Below, in pieces: positions 8,682 through 19,173 of a stretch of DNA of 64,000 nt; position 1 is the stretch's first letter; every line of letters begins with the position of its first letter. The translations under genes and the position numbers were made by a program. A model generated the notes under the pieces. The model worked only from the letters and a program-made list of their open reading frames with translations, had not been told where the DNA came from and did no database searches. The stretch is from Polyangiaceae bacterium (lineage in GTDB: Bacteria > Myxococcota_A > Polyangia > Polyangiales > Polyangiaceae): NCBI GenBank assembly GCA_016712345.1, contig JADJRH010000002.1:200466-264465 (forward strand), in the 5' to 3' direction.

Positions 8682-9431
8682 TCACGTGTCGTGGCCGGCT
8701 CGTTCAGCGAGTCGCACGTCGGTTTCAAGCCCGGTGAGGGCGGCTGTGTAACCGTCGCGTGCCGCTGTGCGCATTTCCATGAGAAGAGCGATTCGATGCA
8801 GGCGCGTTTCGGCGAGATCCGCCCGCGCCATCGCGTCGCGAACCACTTGAACTTGGCCTTGCCTGAGTTTGGTGGCGAGCGATCCAACGGCGATTGCCGC
8901 GATGAGGAGCACAACGAGCCCGATTCCGAGGAGGAGCGCAACGGCAAGTCCGCTGCCTTCACCTGCGAAAAGCGCTCGAAACGCGGCGATTGCGGCGAGC
9001 ACAACTCCGCCGATGAGGAGCAAAAGTGAACTGATGACACCGAGTCTTTCAGTCCACGCGGCGCGCGCGAGTTGGCGCATGGCGACGTTGCGCCAAAAGT
9101 CGGCTTCGCTGTCGAGGCGTTTGGCGAGCGATGCGAGAGCGTCGTCGGTGGACAGCTCCGGCAAGTCGGCTTGGTGAAGCAACTCAGCGGGGATGCGCGC
9201 TTCATCTCCGGCATCGGCGCTGAGCGCATCACCCACTTTTCCAAGGCCCGAACGAACGCGATTGCCAACGGCGGTCGCCACCGGCTTCACACCGGCGGCG
9301 GCCTTTTCTCCAAGTTCGGCGGCCGTGGAGCGCGCGCCTTGGAGCGCTTTTTTGGCATTGTGTACACTTGATTTTTCGTCGTCCGAGTCGGCGATTGGTG
9401 ACTTGCCCCAAGTGCTTTGTTTTTCGCTCAT
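8682..9431 (-). CDS. Hypothetical membrane protein.
   Basis: Long hydrophobic segments (LLLLIGGVVLAAIAAF..., LLLGIGLVVLLIAAIAVG). No domain recognised. Confidence 0.5.
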   Translation of the reverse strand: MSEKQSTWGKSPIADSDDEKSSVHNAKKALQGARSTAAELGEKAAAGVKPVATAVGNRVRSGLGKVGDALSADAGDEARIPAELLHQADLPELSTDDALASLAKRLDSEADFWRNVAMRQLARAAWTERLGVISSLLLLIGGVVLAAIAAFRALFAGEGSGLAVALLLGIGLVVLLIAAIAVGSLATKLRQGQVQVVRDAMARADLAETRLHRIALLMEMRTAARDGYTAALTGLETDVRLAERAGHDT

Positions 9432-9434
9432 GGA

Positions 9435-10514
9435 TTAACGCGACGAAGAGACGATTTTGGATCCTGGGGCACCTGCGCGGGCAAGCTTTTCTTCAACCAT
9501 GAGATCGGCCACGCGATACGTGGGAGTGAGTGTACTCATGCTTCGCTCGGCGATCTCGTGGATTGTGTCGTAGATCTTGAGGGTGCGGTCGCGCGAGATC
9601 GTGGCGTTGTACCCAACCACTTCTTGAGCAACGTTGATGAGGCCGCCCGCGTTGATGGCGTAATCGGGCGCGTACAAAATGCCTCGTTGATTGAGGTCGT
9701 CGCCGTGGCGAGGCTCGTGGAGCTGATTGTTGGCCGCGCCGGCCACGATTTTGGCTTTGATGCGCGGTACAGTTTCATCGTTGATGGCCGAGCCGAGCGC
9801 GCATGGGGCGAGCACGTCACATTCAATTTCAAAGATGTGGTCGAGCGGCACGATGTCGGCGCCAAACTCGCGCTGCGCGCGTTCGCTCTTGAGCGGATCC
9901 ACATCGGCCACGCTGAGCTTTGCGCCGCACGCCGCCAGCTCTTTGCAGAGGTGGTAACCCACGTGTCCAACGCCCTGAACCGCCACGTGCAGGCCTTCGA
10001 GTGAAGAGCGACCGAGTTTGAGTTGGGCGCACGCTTCAATTCCCCTTCGAACGCCGAGCGCTGTGAACGATGAGGGATCGCCCGAACCTCCATTTTTCAC
10101 ATCGACACCGGTCACGTGTTTTGTTTCGTGACGAATCAGCTCCATGTCTTCAAGGCCGGTGCCCGAGTCTTCGGCCGTGATGTACCGACCCCCAAGCGCA
10201 TCTACAAATCGCCCGAAAGCAAGGAAAAGAGCGGCCCTGTCAAACACCGGAGCGGCGGGTCGCAAGAGTACACTTTTGCCACCGCCGTGAGGTACACCTG
10301 CGAGCGCGGCCTTGTAAGTCATGCCGCGCGCGAGACGCAGCGCGTCAACCAATGCCTCCTCTTCTCGGGCGTATGCGAGGAAGCGACAACCTCCAAGCGA
10401 AGGGCCCAATCGAGTGTCGTGAATGGCAACAATGGCGCGCATTCCGCTCGCTGGATCTCGGCGAAAATGCACTTCGCCGTAATCGTAGGAGGCGAGGTGT
10501 GAAAAGACGTCCAT
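9435..10514 (-). CDS. ldh: Leucine (Glu/Leu/Phe/Val-family) dehydrogenase.
   Basis: The family signature GVPHGGGKSVL is present, with a Rossmann NAD domain (GVGHVGYHL). The likely start is MDVFSHLASYDYGEVHF, the internal Met of the ORF. Confidence 0.85.
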   Translation of the reverse strand: MDVFSHLASYDYGEVHFRRDPASGMRAIVAIHDTRLGPSLGGCRFLAYAREEEALVDALRLARGMTYKAALAGVPHGGGKSVLLRPAAPVFDRAALFLAFGRFVDALGGRYITAEDSGTGLEDMELIRHETKHVTGVDVKNGGSGDPSSFTALGVRRGIEACAQLKLGRSSLEGLHVAVQGVGHVGYHLCKELAACGAKLSVADVDPLKSERAQREFGADIVPLDHIFEIECDVLAPCALGSAINDETVPRIKAKIVAGAANNQLHEPRHGDDLNQRGILYAPDYAINAGGLINVAQEVVGYNATISRDRTLKIYDTIHEIAERSMSTLTPTYRVADLMVEEKLARAGAPGSKIVSSSR

Positions 10515-10728
10515 GGGTTTCCCTGTGCGTTGTGTGAGAGCGACTTGTTTGCGTGCCTCGTTACCACAGTGCGTCGTTTGGTGCGGTGGTTTGAGTGCGC
10601 AAAAAGTCTTTTTTTCAGGGCTCCGCGCGTCGGCGGAAGAGCAGCCGGTGATATAAGTGAACGTCATCGATCAACGCGTGGGCACTCCGCGCGGTGAGCA
10701 AAAAACTTAGAAGAAGGGTTCATCGGCG

Positions 10729-12582
10729 ATGCGGACCAAAATCATTCCGAGCGCACTGTTCCTGACCGCTCTCGCAGCGGTCGGATGCGGTGACGGCGGG
10801 GAGAGTTCCACGGGAGGAACCACCTCCACGACCCCGTCCAAACCACCCACCGTTGTCGATATTGTTGTCGACGCCAATCGCGATGGGAAACTCGATCCGG
10901 CCGATCCCGCCGATCAAGACAAAGAAAACGAATGGAGCGTCGACAGCGGCGCGTCGTTTTTGGCAAACCTCGATGACGACGACGCGGACAAGTTTCGCGA
11001 CGTAGACGACCAGATCATCAACGGGCCGGATGATGAACTCGACCTGGCGAAGATGCAGCTCGTCGCGTGGCCCGACGCTCCCGACGGTGCGCTTGGTGTA
11101 CTCCATATCGATCCGATGAGCGCCCAGAACATTCGCCTCTGGAAAAAGGGGCTCGACGGCGCTTGGTGGCTCGTCGGTGGCAACGTCGGTCCCTGCAACG
11201 AAGTGGATCCGGCGTGCACGGTGACACCCGACGTAACGTTTCCAATCGAAGAAGTGCGCGCGGGGCTCACGCTCGGGATCGAAGCGCGTTTCTTCCGTCG
11301 CTCACTTGCGCCTGAGGCGTGGACGGGCATTGTGCAGCTCGGCTATCAGGTAAACGACAAAGACGGTGCGCCGATCACCGACGACAACATTCCCGATGGG
11401 CTTGATCAGGCCAAAATTCGCGTTGCCCCGTGGATGTTGTTTGGCAACCTTTCTCCTTTTGATCGCGTTTGGTCCAACAACGTAATGCCGGCATTTGTGT
11501 CGGGTCTTTCAACGCTGTCGACGGAAGCGGGCGTTACCTACAAGAAGATCACCAACTGGCAGGATCACTGGACTCAAGACTATTTCCAAACGGGGTACAC
11601 AACGATCCCGGTTGAAAACGGCGCCGTTCAAGGCATGCGCATCGCCAACGCAAGGCCGTGGGGTCGCTGCGACTCGCCTTCGTGTTGGCCGATCAACTGG
11701 CTCAAAAAAGGGTATTTGTCGCCCGGAAACGGTGTGATCGAGATCTACAACAAGCCCAATACGGGTTCGACGTACGACTCGCATGGCAACCACGATCTGC
11801 TGCCTCCGTATGAAAACGGAGAATCAAAATATCCCTTTGGTCGCATCGCAATCGGCTCAGGTGTACTCAAAGAAACCAAAGATTTTTACGCTGCGCAGGA
11901 GGTTCAAGGCCCGCCGATCATCGTGAAAACGTCGTGGCTCTACGTGGGTCACATCGACGAAGTATTCAGTTATGTGCCCGCGAACACGCCGCGCGGGTGG
12001 AAGCTTTTGGTAGGTTCACCCAAGCTCGCAAAGTCCATGCTTGAGGCGGCTCAAGCGGCCGGACACGGCGCGGTGACCATGTTTAAAGGGCAAAAGTGGT
12101 ACACCGAAAATGGCAGTCTCATAGACGCCGAAGTTTCAATTGACGAGGTGCTCGCCAATCAAGATCTGCTTGCTGCGTCGCAAGAAGCGCAAGGCGAGAT
12201 CGACGACATGATTGCCCAACTAAAAGAAGAGGTGGGTCTGGCGGACGACGAGATCGTCGAAATGCCGTATCTGCTCCAAGACCTCTTTGGGCAGAAGGTC
12301 GCCTTTAACCCGGGCACGGCCAACATGCTTGTTGTGGCCGACCACTTGGGCATTCCCAAACCGTGGGGCCCCGTTATCGACGGTGCCGACATTTTCGAAA
12401 CCGATCTTGAAGAGCGCCTTGGAGCACCGGGCCAAAACCTCGGATCCGACGGCAACGGTCTTATCGTTCACTTCATCGACGACTGGGAGTGGTACCACGC
12501 GCTCGACGGTGAGGTGCATTGCGGCTCCAACGTGGATAGCGTGCCGCCCGCGGATCAAACTTGGTGGAAGGTGTTGAAATGA
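10729..12582 (+). CDS. Eukaryote-type protein-arginine deiminase (PADI-like) lipoprotein.
   Basis: Lipoprotein signal (LAAVGC). The C-terminal catalytic domain aligns block-by-block with human PAD4: KYPFGRIAIGSG, SWLYVGHIDEVFSYVPAN, ANMLVVADHLGIPKPWGPVIDG, and the terminal DGEVHCGSNV active-site Cys motif. The N-terminus has a WQDHWTQDYFQTGY block resembling PAD4's WMQDEMEIGY. Confidence 0.85.
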   Translation: MRTKIIPSALFLTALAAVGCGDGGESSTGGTTSTTPSKPPTVVDIVVDANRDGKLDPADPADQDKENEWSVDSGASFLANLDDDDADKFRDVDDQIINGPDDELDLAKMQLVAWPDAPDGALGVLHIDPMSAQNIRLWKKGLDGAWWLVGGNVGPCNEVDPACTVTPDVTFPIEEVRAGLTLGIEARFFRRSLAPEAWTGIVQLGYQVNDKDGAPITDDNIPDGLDQAKIRVAPWMLFGNLSPFDRVWSNNVMPAFVSGLSTLSTEAGVTYKKITNWQDHWTQDYFQTGYTTIPVENGAVQGMRIANARPWGRCDSPSCWPINWLKKGYLSPGNGVIEIYNKPNTGSTYDSHGNHDLLPPYENGESKYPFGRIAIGSGVLKETKDFYAAQEVQGPPIIVKTSWLYVGHIDEVFSYVPANTPRGWKLLVGSPKLAKSMLEAAQAAGHGAVTMFKGQKWYTENGSLIDAEVSIDEVLANQDLLAASQEAQGEIDDMIAQLKEEVGLADDEIVEMPYLLQDLFGQKVAFNPGTANMLVVADHLGIPKPWGPVIDGADIFETDLEERLGAPGQNLGSDGNGLIVHFIDDWEWYHALDGEVHCGSNVDSVPPADQTWWKVLK

Positions 12583-13511
12583 GCCGCAACAAAACGTCAC
12601 TTTGGGGTCTTGTGTTGGGAGCCGCCGTGGTTGCCCTTTCGGGTAGCGCGCGCGCCGACGGCATTGCACTCAGTGCGGCTGAACTTCCTTCACAAGTAAA
12701 GCAATCGCTCGCCAAAGATGTGGCGGCGTACAAAGCCGCGCACGCGGCCGATTTTAAGCCTGTGCGCGACGTGCAGGGCATTAAGCCCGATGTGTACAAA
12801 GCCTATCGAAACCCGCAGCCCGTTGCGGTGCTCGAGCTGAAACGCCTCGGTGCGGGCGCGCTCTTGCCCATGCTTGACGTGCTTGCTCTCGACGCCCCCG
12901 CGCTGACGTTGAGCGACAAAGAAAAAACAGCGTACATCGTCGGCCTGCTTGAAGCTTCGAGCGCGCTTCGCGATGCCCGCAGTGGGCCTGTGTACACAGC
13001 GATCTTTGAGGCGAAAAACAAGCCGAATGATGTGCTGCGTGCCGCGGCGGAGGCTCTCGGGCGCGTGTGCGGCGATGCCGAACTTGGCACCCTCAAGAAA
13101 CACACCGCCGCAGGTGATGCGTTGCGTACACATGCTATTCGCGGTCTGTCGCAGTGCCGTCGCAAAGAAGGTGTGGAGCACCTCGCAACACTTCTCGGCG
13201 CCGCATCCGATGCCGCTTCGGCTGAGCCCATCGCCGACGCTCTCGGGCTCGCGTCGTCGAGCTGGGCGTGGAAAGCCATGGGAGCCAAAAGCGCGGCGGC
13301 AGCCAAAGACGTTCAGCAAATTGCCGCGAAGGCGCTCATCACTTCGTTCGTGAAGCACAAAGACGCGCGCCCGGCGGCTCGAAAAGCCCTCAAGTTGGTT
13401 GAGTCTCCCGATGCGGTCACGCTCATCGCGGCGGCTCGAACAAGCGCCGACGCAGTCACACAGAGCGCGCTTGACGAACTCGCCAAAGCCGTCACCCCCG
13501 CTACCAAGTAG
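12579..13511 (+). CDS. Secreted alpha-helical (HEAT/ARM-like) repeat protein, translationally coupled to the PAD gene.
   Basis: Its ATG overlaps the PAD TGA (ATGA). It has a Sec signal (MSRNKTSLWGLVLGAAVVALSGSARA) and an Ala/Leu-rich helical repeat composition. Confidence 0.6.
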   Translation: MSRNKTSLWGLVLGAAVVALSGSARADGIALSAAELPSQVKQSLAKDVAAYKAAHAADFKPVRDVQGIKPDVYKAYRNPQPVAVLELKRLGAGALLPMLDVLALDAPALTLSDKEKTAYIVGLLEASSALRDARSGPVYTAIFEAKNKPNDVLRAAAEALGRVCGDAELGTLKKHTAAGDALRTHAIRGLSQCRRKEGVEHLATLLGAASDAASAEPIADALGLASSSWAWKAMGAKSAAAAKDVQQIAAKALITSFVKHKDARPAARKALKLVESPDAVTLIAAARTSADAVTQSALDELAKAVTPATK

Positions 13512-13525
13512 ATAACGGCCAATAG

Positions 13526-13553
13526 GCACAGCGCGTATTCTTTGCGCTGTGCT
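13526..13553. terminator. Hairpin (GCACAGCGC ... GCGCTGTGC, 9-bp stem) immediately after the 12579-13511 gene.
   Basis: Inverted repeat seen 15 nt past the stop. No U-tract. Confidence 0.35.
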
Positions 13554-13828
13554 CAGCCCCAATCCTGATCAGTTAAGACAAGAAAGCCTTCTCTCTGTGA
13601 GGTTTGGCGGCTCCTGCCGCCTGGTAGCTACCTGCCGACGGCCCCGCCGAATTCACGTTTTCGTCGCGGCTGCATTCGCAGGAAACACGTTATGGAGAAG
13701 GCTTTCGCGCCGCGCTTTTCGCTTTCTCGCTCGGCAGCGGGCAAGGGTGTCCGAAACGTCGCGACGACCCTGACTCCGGGCTTCGCTGAAACGTTTCGAC
13801 TGCTTAAGATCCGACCTATGAACCCGGA

Positions 13829-14830
13829 TTAGCGATCTTCGATCGTCATTGCGCTCTTGAGCGCGTCTTTGTTCGGCCGAACATCAAAGTTAAATCCAAT
13901 GTTCATTCTGCCCGCGTAATACGACTCCACGTCGCCGCGCAGCGGTGTTGTCACCGGGAACAAGAAACTCAGCGCCGGCTGAATGCGAGGCAGCATTAAT
14001 CGAATGCTCGGCGACACGGCAAATGCCGCTCGATTGTCGTCGTTGGCGAGTTCCTTTGTCACCTCGTAAACCTCCCACAACTCCACGCCGATACCGAGCC
14101 ACTCACTCAACCGGTAGCCCATGTAAAACGTGAGCCGCGCCGTGAAATTGGTAATTCGAGGATTGCTTCCCGACGGTGTACCCCCCGGGATTTCTTCGGG
14201 ACCGTTAAGGGAGATCGACCAATCAATGCCTTGTCGAAGCTGAAAAATAAGCCCTGAAACAACGTGCCGAATGTCGATCCACGGCCTAAACGTGAGCGTC
14301 AAACTGGAGAAACTCGCCAGATCCCACGGCTTCACCGTGCGCACTGTGCGCAGCACTTCGGTTTCAACAGGAGAAAGTGCGCGCGGCGTGGGGAGCACAA
14401 TGCCAAGCCCGCCGCCCGACGAAAGGCCTCGACTGGAGGACCACAAGCCTCGTCCGCTGATCTCAGGGTTTCCAAGCAAAAAAGCGGTGCCAACGCCGGG
14501 CAGAGCCGCCGCCGCAATATCGTTTGAAAGGCCTATAAACCACTGCCGCGGAACAATCGGATATTCGGCATCGGTGTGCATGAAGTACGCAAACGCATCA
14601 CCGGATCGGTCTTGATCTTTGGGCTGAATCACCGCGGCTGTCAGCTCAAAGTTAAACGTCAGATCGCGGTGAGCGAGCGCTGGCAACGTCGGCGGGGCAG
14701 GCGCATCCAACACACTTTTCAAGTCGTCCCCGGAGCCGTTGAGCGCCGACTGCGCAAGAACAGATTCTGCGCGGAGAACAACCAACAGAAACAAACCGGC
14801 CGAGAAAACCCGGCCCAACGTGGAAGTCAC
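13829..14830 (-). CDS. Hypothetical secreted/outer-membrane protein.
   Basis: Signal peptide and a beta-rich composition. Its start overlaps the rseP stop by 4 nt. Confidence 0.5.
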   Translation of the reverse strand: MTSTLGRVFSAGLFLLVVLRAESVLAQSALNGSGDDLKSVLDAPAPPTLPALAHRDLTFNFELTAAVIQPKDQDRSGDAFAYFMHTDAEYPIVPRQWFIGLSNDIAAAALPGVGTAFLLGNPEISGRGLWSSSRGLSSGGGLGIVLPTPRALSPVETEVLRTVRTVKPWDLASFSSLTLTFRPWIDIRHVVSGLIFQLRQGIDWSISLNGPEEIPGGTPSGSNPRITNFTARLTFYMGYRLSEWLGIGVELWEVYEVTKELANDDNRAAFAVSPSIRLMLPRIQPALSFLFPVTTPLRGDVESYYAGRMNIGFNFDVRPNKDALKSAMTIEDR

Positions 14831-15951
14831 TTCTTTCCGAGAATGTCGTTGAACACGGTCACATAGCCCATCAACCCGAGCAGCATGATGAGCCCAACAC
14901 CGTGAATGACAGCTTCAATACGGGGGTTGGCGCGACGCCGCGTTGCGGCTTCGTACGTGAGAAAAATGAGCCGACCGCCGTCGAGAGCCGGAAATGGAAT
15001 GAGATTAAACGCTCCCAAATAGGCCGACAAAGCAGCCAAAAACTCGATGAAATCGGCCCAACCACCTTCAGCCGCGGCGGCCGTTTGTTCAACCATCGCT
15101 TTGGGACCGCCAAGCTCTTTTACCGAGCCTTCGTGTACCCATTTTTTCAGATTGATAAACAGCTCGGCAACCACCATTGCCGGTTGCTCAAACGCCTGGA
15201 TCGCAGCCTCTTTCATGGTCATCGGGATGCGCTCTCGAAAGAGCCCAACACCGATTCGACCTTTGCCTTCTTCGTTTGCGGGGGTGACCGTGATGGTGAC
15301 GCGCTCCCCTTTTCGCATCACGTCCACGGAGATTTTTTCTGCGGGGTGTTTCGAGATGTTTTCGGCCATTTTTGACCACGTTGAAACCTCAACACCCGCA
15401 ACGTTCACCACTTGATCGCCGTCTTTGAACCCCGCGAGCATGGCAGGTTTTCCAGGCAGAACACCGATGATCGTTGACTCGCGCTCCACATGGCGCCCGA
15501 CTGCTGCGTACACACCAAAAAACACCAGCGCAGCAAACACGTAGTTGGCAAGCGGCCCCGCAAAGATCGCCGCGATCCGGCCTGTCACGCTCGCGTTTGC
15601 GTAACTGCCTTTGTCCTTTGGATCCACCTCTTCGAGTGGATTCATCCCGGCGATTTGCACGTACGCGAGGAATGGAATGGCCGCGACCTGAAACACTGTC
15701 GGCCCATGTTTTTCGGGCACGTGTTTCCACAGCCGCAGTCTCACTTTGCCCGCCGCCGTTGTGAACCAGTAATGGCCGTCTTCGGGCACAATCTTGAAGA
15801 TCGTTGGGCCGAACCCGATCGAGAACTTGATCACGCGCATGCCGTAGGCGCGGGCGGCGAAGAAGTGGCCGCCTTCGTGCACGATCATGAGCAAGGCGAG
15901 GCCGAGAGCACCGATGAGGTACTTGAACCAAGGGGGCATCGAGCGGAGCAT
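14827..15951 (-). CDS. rseP: RIP (site-2) zinc metalloprotease RseP.
   Basis: HEGGHF (HExxH) in TM1, a PDZ region, and a C-terminal LDGG motif. Confidence 0.9.
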   Translation of the reverse strand: MLRSMPPWFKYLIGALGLALLMIVHEGGHFFAARAYGMRVIKFSIGFGPTIFKIVPEDGHYWFTTAAGKVRLRLWKHVPEKHGPTVFQVAAIPFLAYVQIAGMNPLEEVDPKDKGSYANASVTGRIAAIFAGPLANYVFAALVFFGVYAAVGRHVERESTIIGVLPGKPAMLAGFKDGDQVVNVAGVEVSTWSKMAENISKHPAEKISVDVMRKGERVTITVTPANEEGKGRIGVGLFRERIPMTMKEAAIQAFEQPAMVVAELFINLKKWVHEGSVKELGGPKAMVEQTAAAAEGGWADFIEFLAALSAYLGAFNLIPFPALDGGRLIFLTYEAATRRRANPRIEAVIHGVGLIMLLGLMGYVTVFNDILGKK

Positions 15952-15983
15952 AGCATCGCCGCCCCGGCGTGGTTGTGTTTGCT

Positions 15984-16637
15984 CTACAGCATGAAACTTA
16001 CGCCGACGGTCACGAACGGAATGCCGAGGCGCATGGTGAGCGTGATCTTGTCGCGGAAGTGGAAGCGCCCACCCACCTCGAACATCGGCTCAACGAAGAT
16101 GGCGTCGTAGCCGCGATCCCCTACGAAAAACCCGTTACTGTGCGGCACAAATCCAACTTCGGCGAACACGCTCCACTTCTTGTGCAAAAAGAAGTTCCAC
16201 TGTGCGCCGATGGGAAACCAAAACGAATATTCGTCGGGATAACAATATCCGCAGTTGGTAATATCGAGCCCAAACGTGATGCCGATGGTGTTGTTGAGCT
16301 TGGGAATCACCGGGTCGACAATTTCAATCGTGGCGCGAAAACCAACGCCCGCGTTGAAGTAGTAGCGATTGAGATCGCGCCCGTATCGAAACGTATTTCC
16401 CCACGGTGACAGTGTCCCGTGCGGTTCCAACTCAACCCGGTAGTCGGGGTGGTCACTTGGATTGCGAATGATCATTTGCGCGGCGGCTTCACTCGCCGAG
16501 AACAACGCAACACCGGCGGCGGCCGACCCAAGCAGTACAGCGACTCGACGTTGGTAGGTTCGCATGAGCAATGTTCCTATCGCGACATCGCGGCGCAAAG
16601 CAACCGCGATGGTTGCCCTGATAGTGCCGGCGCGCAT
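15984..16637 (-). CDS. Hypothetical outer-membrane beta-barrel-like protein.
   Basis: Signal peptide, alternating aromatic/Gly beta-strand pattern, C-terminal F. Confidence 0.45.
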   Translation of the reverse strand: MRAGTIRATIAVALRRDVAIGTLLMRTYQRRVAVLLGSAAAGVALFSASEAAAQMIIRNPSDHPDYRVELEPHGTLSPWGNTFRYGRDLNRYYFNAGVGFRATIEIVDPVIPKLNNTIGITFGLDITNCGYCYPDEYSFWFPIGAQWNFFLHKKWSVFAEVGFVPHSNGFFVGDRGYDAIFVEPMFEVGGRFHFRDKITLTMRLGIPFVTVGVSFML

Positions 16638-16793
16638 GATTGAAAGGTCGCGAATTTGGGAGGCTTAGTTATTTGCGCACGAAAAGCGCGCGACATGCAC
16701 AGTGCTTGAACCGGGCGGCGCTACGTCTGCCCACGCAACCGCAATGTGTACACCATCTGCGAGGCGACAACGGCGGGACTTGGCTCTGTGATC

Positions 16794-17993
16794 TTATTCA
16801 ACGCGGGCACACCCATCTTGCTCAAATGCCAAAATCCGCGCCCGACCAACTATCCCGCCCTGAACTTGCCGAAAACGTTGCTCATACACCCGTTCATACA
16901 GCTTGGCTTGGCCGTCGCCTTTGAGCGGGATTGCCTTGGGAATGATCCCCGCGATTCGAAACGGGCATACCCACGTTTTTGGATTTTCTGTATTGGAAAA
17001 AACAATGCGGGCCAAAAACCCTATTTCAGTGGCCAAGTGCTCTCGATGTGTACGCATTAGAAAATTACCAATGCTATAAAAAATGGGCTTGCCTTTGTAC
17101 ACTTCAATCCCCTGCGAAAGATGGGGGTGGTGCCCAATCACCGCATCGGCCCCGGCGTCAATCGCCGCGTGGTGTAGGTCAATCGCGCGCTGAAGAGGCA
17201 CGCTCACATATTCTTCCCCTCCATGGTAACTTACCACCACGGGGGCTCCGTTGCCGGCTGTTTTAGCTGCCTTTACTGCCGAGCTGACTGCCTCTTTACC
17301 GGCCTCCGCCACGTAATCTTTGGCTGCGTGAACCTTGAGTGCGCCTTGGTTCCATATATCTGTAAACGCCAAAATGCCCAGCTTAAACCCGTTTACTTCT
17401 ACCCATGCGGGCGAATAAGCCTGCTCCCGATTTCTACCCGCTCCGGCATATTTCACCCCCGCCCGCTCCAGATTTTCAAGCGTTTCTAAAAAGGCCCGCT
17501 GCCCATAATCCCACATGTGATTGTTCGCGAGCGACACCACACCCACCTTGCCAAGTTGCAGCGCCCTCGCTCCACCGGGCGGACCTGTAAACACCAGCTT
17601 TTGGGTAGGTGATTGAGTTTCCCCTTTTTGGTCAGACAATTGACTTTCTAAATTGACAAATCTCACGTCCGCCGTGGCCAGGAGTTCTGCCACCGACTCA
17701 AACGGGTTAAAGTCGGGATTTTTTAAAATCTCCTGCCCAATCGATCTACCCATGCAAACGTCGCCGCCGAAAATAACAGAAGCCGAGGAGGCGGCCGGCG
17801 GTGCAAGGTTGCTTTCAGCGGTTGAGGAAGCCGTGGGTACAACCGCAGCGCTCGTTTCTCCACGTTGGCCATGGGTAGACAAGGCGCTCGACGACAACGT
17901 CTCAGACGTTTCATCCGTGGCAGATGAGCCCGAAGAACACCCCAGAACAAGGGCCACACCGACGGTCCAAATTCTCCAACCGGTGAAACGCAT
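16794..17993 (-). CDS. CapA/PgsA-family metallophosphoesterase (poly-gamma-glutamate/capsule synthesis-like) lipoprotein.
   Basis: Motifs IFGGDVCMGR, LANNHMWDYG and VIGHHPHLSQG are present. Lipobox LVLGC. Confidence 0.7.
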   Translation of the reverse strand: MRFTGWRIWTVGVALVLGCSSGSSATDETSETLSSSALSTHGQRGETSAAVVPTASSTAESNLAPPAASSASVIFGGDVCMGRSIGQEILKNPDFNPFESVAELLATADVRFVNLESQLSDQKGETQSPTQKLVFTGPPGGARALQLGKVGVVSLANNHMWDYGQRAFLETLENLERAGVKYAGAGRNREQAYSPAWVEVNGFKLGILAFTDIWNQGALKVHAAKDYVAEAGKEAVSSAVKAAKTAGNGAPVVVSYHGGEEYVSVPLQRAIDLHHAAIDAGADAVIGHHPHLSQGIEVYKGKPIFYSIGNFLMRTHREHLATEIGFLARIVFSNTENPKTWVCPFRIAGIIPKAIPLKGDGQAKLYERVYEQRFRQVQGGIVGRARILAFEQDGCARVE

Positions 17994-18047
17994 ACCCCAA
18001 CTCTACCACGAAATCCGTTCTGCGCCCTACGGCGTTTAACCCCGCCG

Positions 18048-19010
18048 TTACTTTGGCTCTTCGGTGGGGGCGCACGTGGAAACGCCGGCGCCAACGATGT
18101 CAAACCCCACGTTGGTATTGATGGGGGTGGTGATTTGGGAGGTGGGCTCGTATTTGTAAATGCCTGTGCCGCTCATGATGTAAAACGAACCTCCCCAAAA
18201 GGCGAAGGCCCACGACAGGCCGCTTGGAATTTGAGTGAGGTCAGAATAGGTAATGACCTTTGCGTCGGCCTTGTTGATCTCCGCGAGCCGAATGGGGACA
18301 TCTTGAAAGTACCCAAACAGCCGCGCGTCGCCCGTGCCTGTCAGTTCTGCCGCTTTGCCCGCCAAAACGTCGTAGTCGGCAATAGGAGTAAGCGTCAGGG
18401 TGGTTTGATCGATGGTTGCGAGGCCGGACGCTCCGGGTTGGTTATACGCACCCGAAACGTACAACGTTTCCATGTCAGACCCCGCCGCGTCGGAAACAAA
18501 TCCCATTCCAAACGTGCAAAATCCGGACTGGCAGGGTAGAAACCCGGTGGGTGTGCAGTTGAGCGTTTTGGTATCTACGTGGTAGATTACGCCGTTTGCA
18601 AAGAGTACCCACGCTCTTCCTTTTCTATCCACCGACATAGAAAACGTGGTGTTGAATTCTTCTCCCGGGCAGTTGAGTGTGCCCAGCACCGTGAGATCCT
18701 GAGTTTGCGGAGCAAAGCGAGCAAACTGCTTATCCTGACCCAATATGTACACACTGCCTTTGGTGTCGTTGTCGCAGTCGCCCGGGCCCGCCGCGCCGGT
18801 TCCAGAACTTACCGACAGGTCAATTCCACCGTCGCCGCCTTTTCCGGTGCTCATACTTCCCCCCAACCCGCCCGTGGGGAGACTTCCCGCCGAACCGCCG
18901 CTCCCGCCGACAGTTGGATCACCGGTCGCCGCCGTGCGCCCCGCGCTGCACGAAAGCGCACCAAAAACAGCCACAACAGTGCATACCGCCCGCAGATTAA
19001 GGTGAAGCAT
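18048..19010 (-). CDS. Hypothetical lipoprotein.
   Basis: Signal with lipobox (ALSCS) and a Gly/Ser-rich linker. No domain recognised. Confidence 0.5.
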   Translation of the reverse strand: MLHLNLRAVCTVVAVFGALSCSAGRTAATGDPTVGGSGGSAGSLPTGGLGGSMSTGKGGDGGIDLSVSSGTGAAGPGDCDNDTKGSVYILGQDKQFARFAPQTQDLTVLGTLNCPGEEFNTTFSMSVDRKGRAWVLFANGVIYHVDTKTLNCTPTGFLPCQSGFCTFGMGFVSDAAGSDMETLYVSGAYNQPGASGLATIDQTTLTLTPIADYDVLAGKAAELTGTGDARLFGYFQDVPIRLAEINKADAKVITYSDLTQIPSGLSWAFAFWGGSFYIMSGTGIYKYEPTSQITTPINTNVGFDIVGAGVSTCAPTEEPK

Positions 19011-19173
19011 GGGGGGATGTTAATCCCAAAAACAAGCGATTGGAAATGGAGTATTTCTGCTGACTACACTCCTGGGTAACTGCGTAACAAATAAAGCACA
19101 CACCCCGCATGCGAGGATCTGCACTGAACATCCGACACGGTTAACAACATCTCCAAAACGAAAGGATGCGCCA

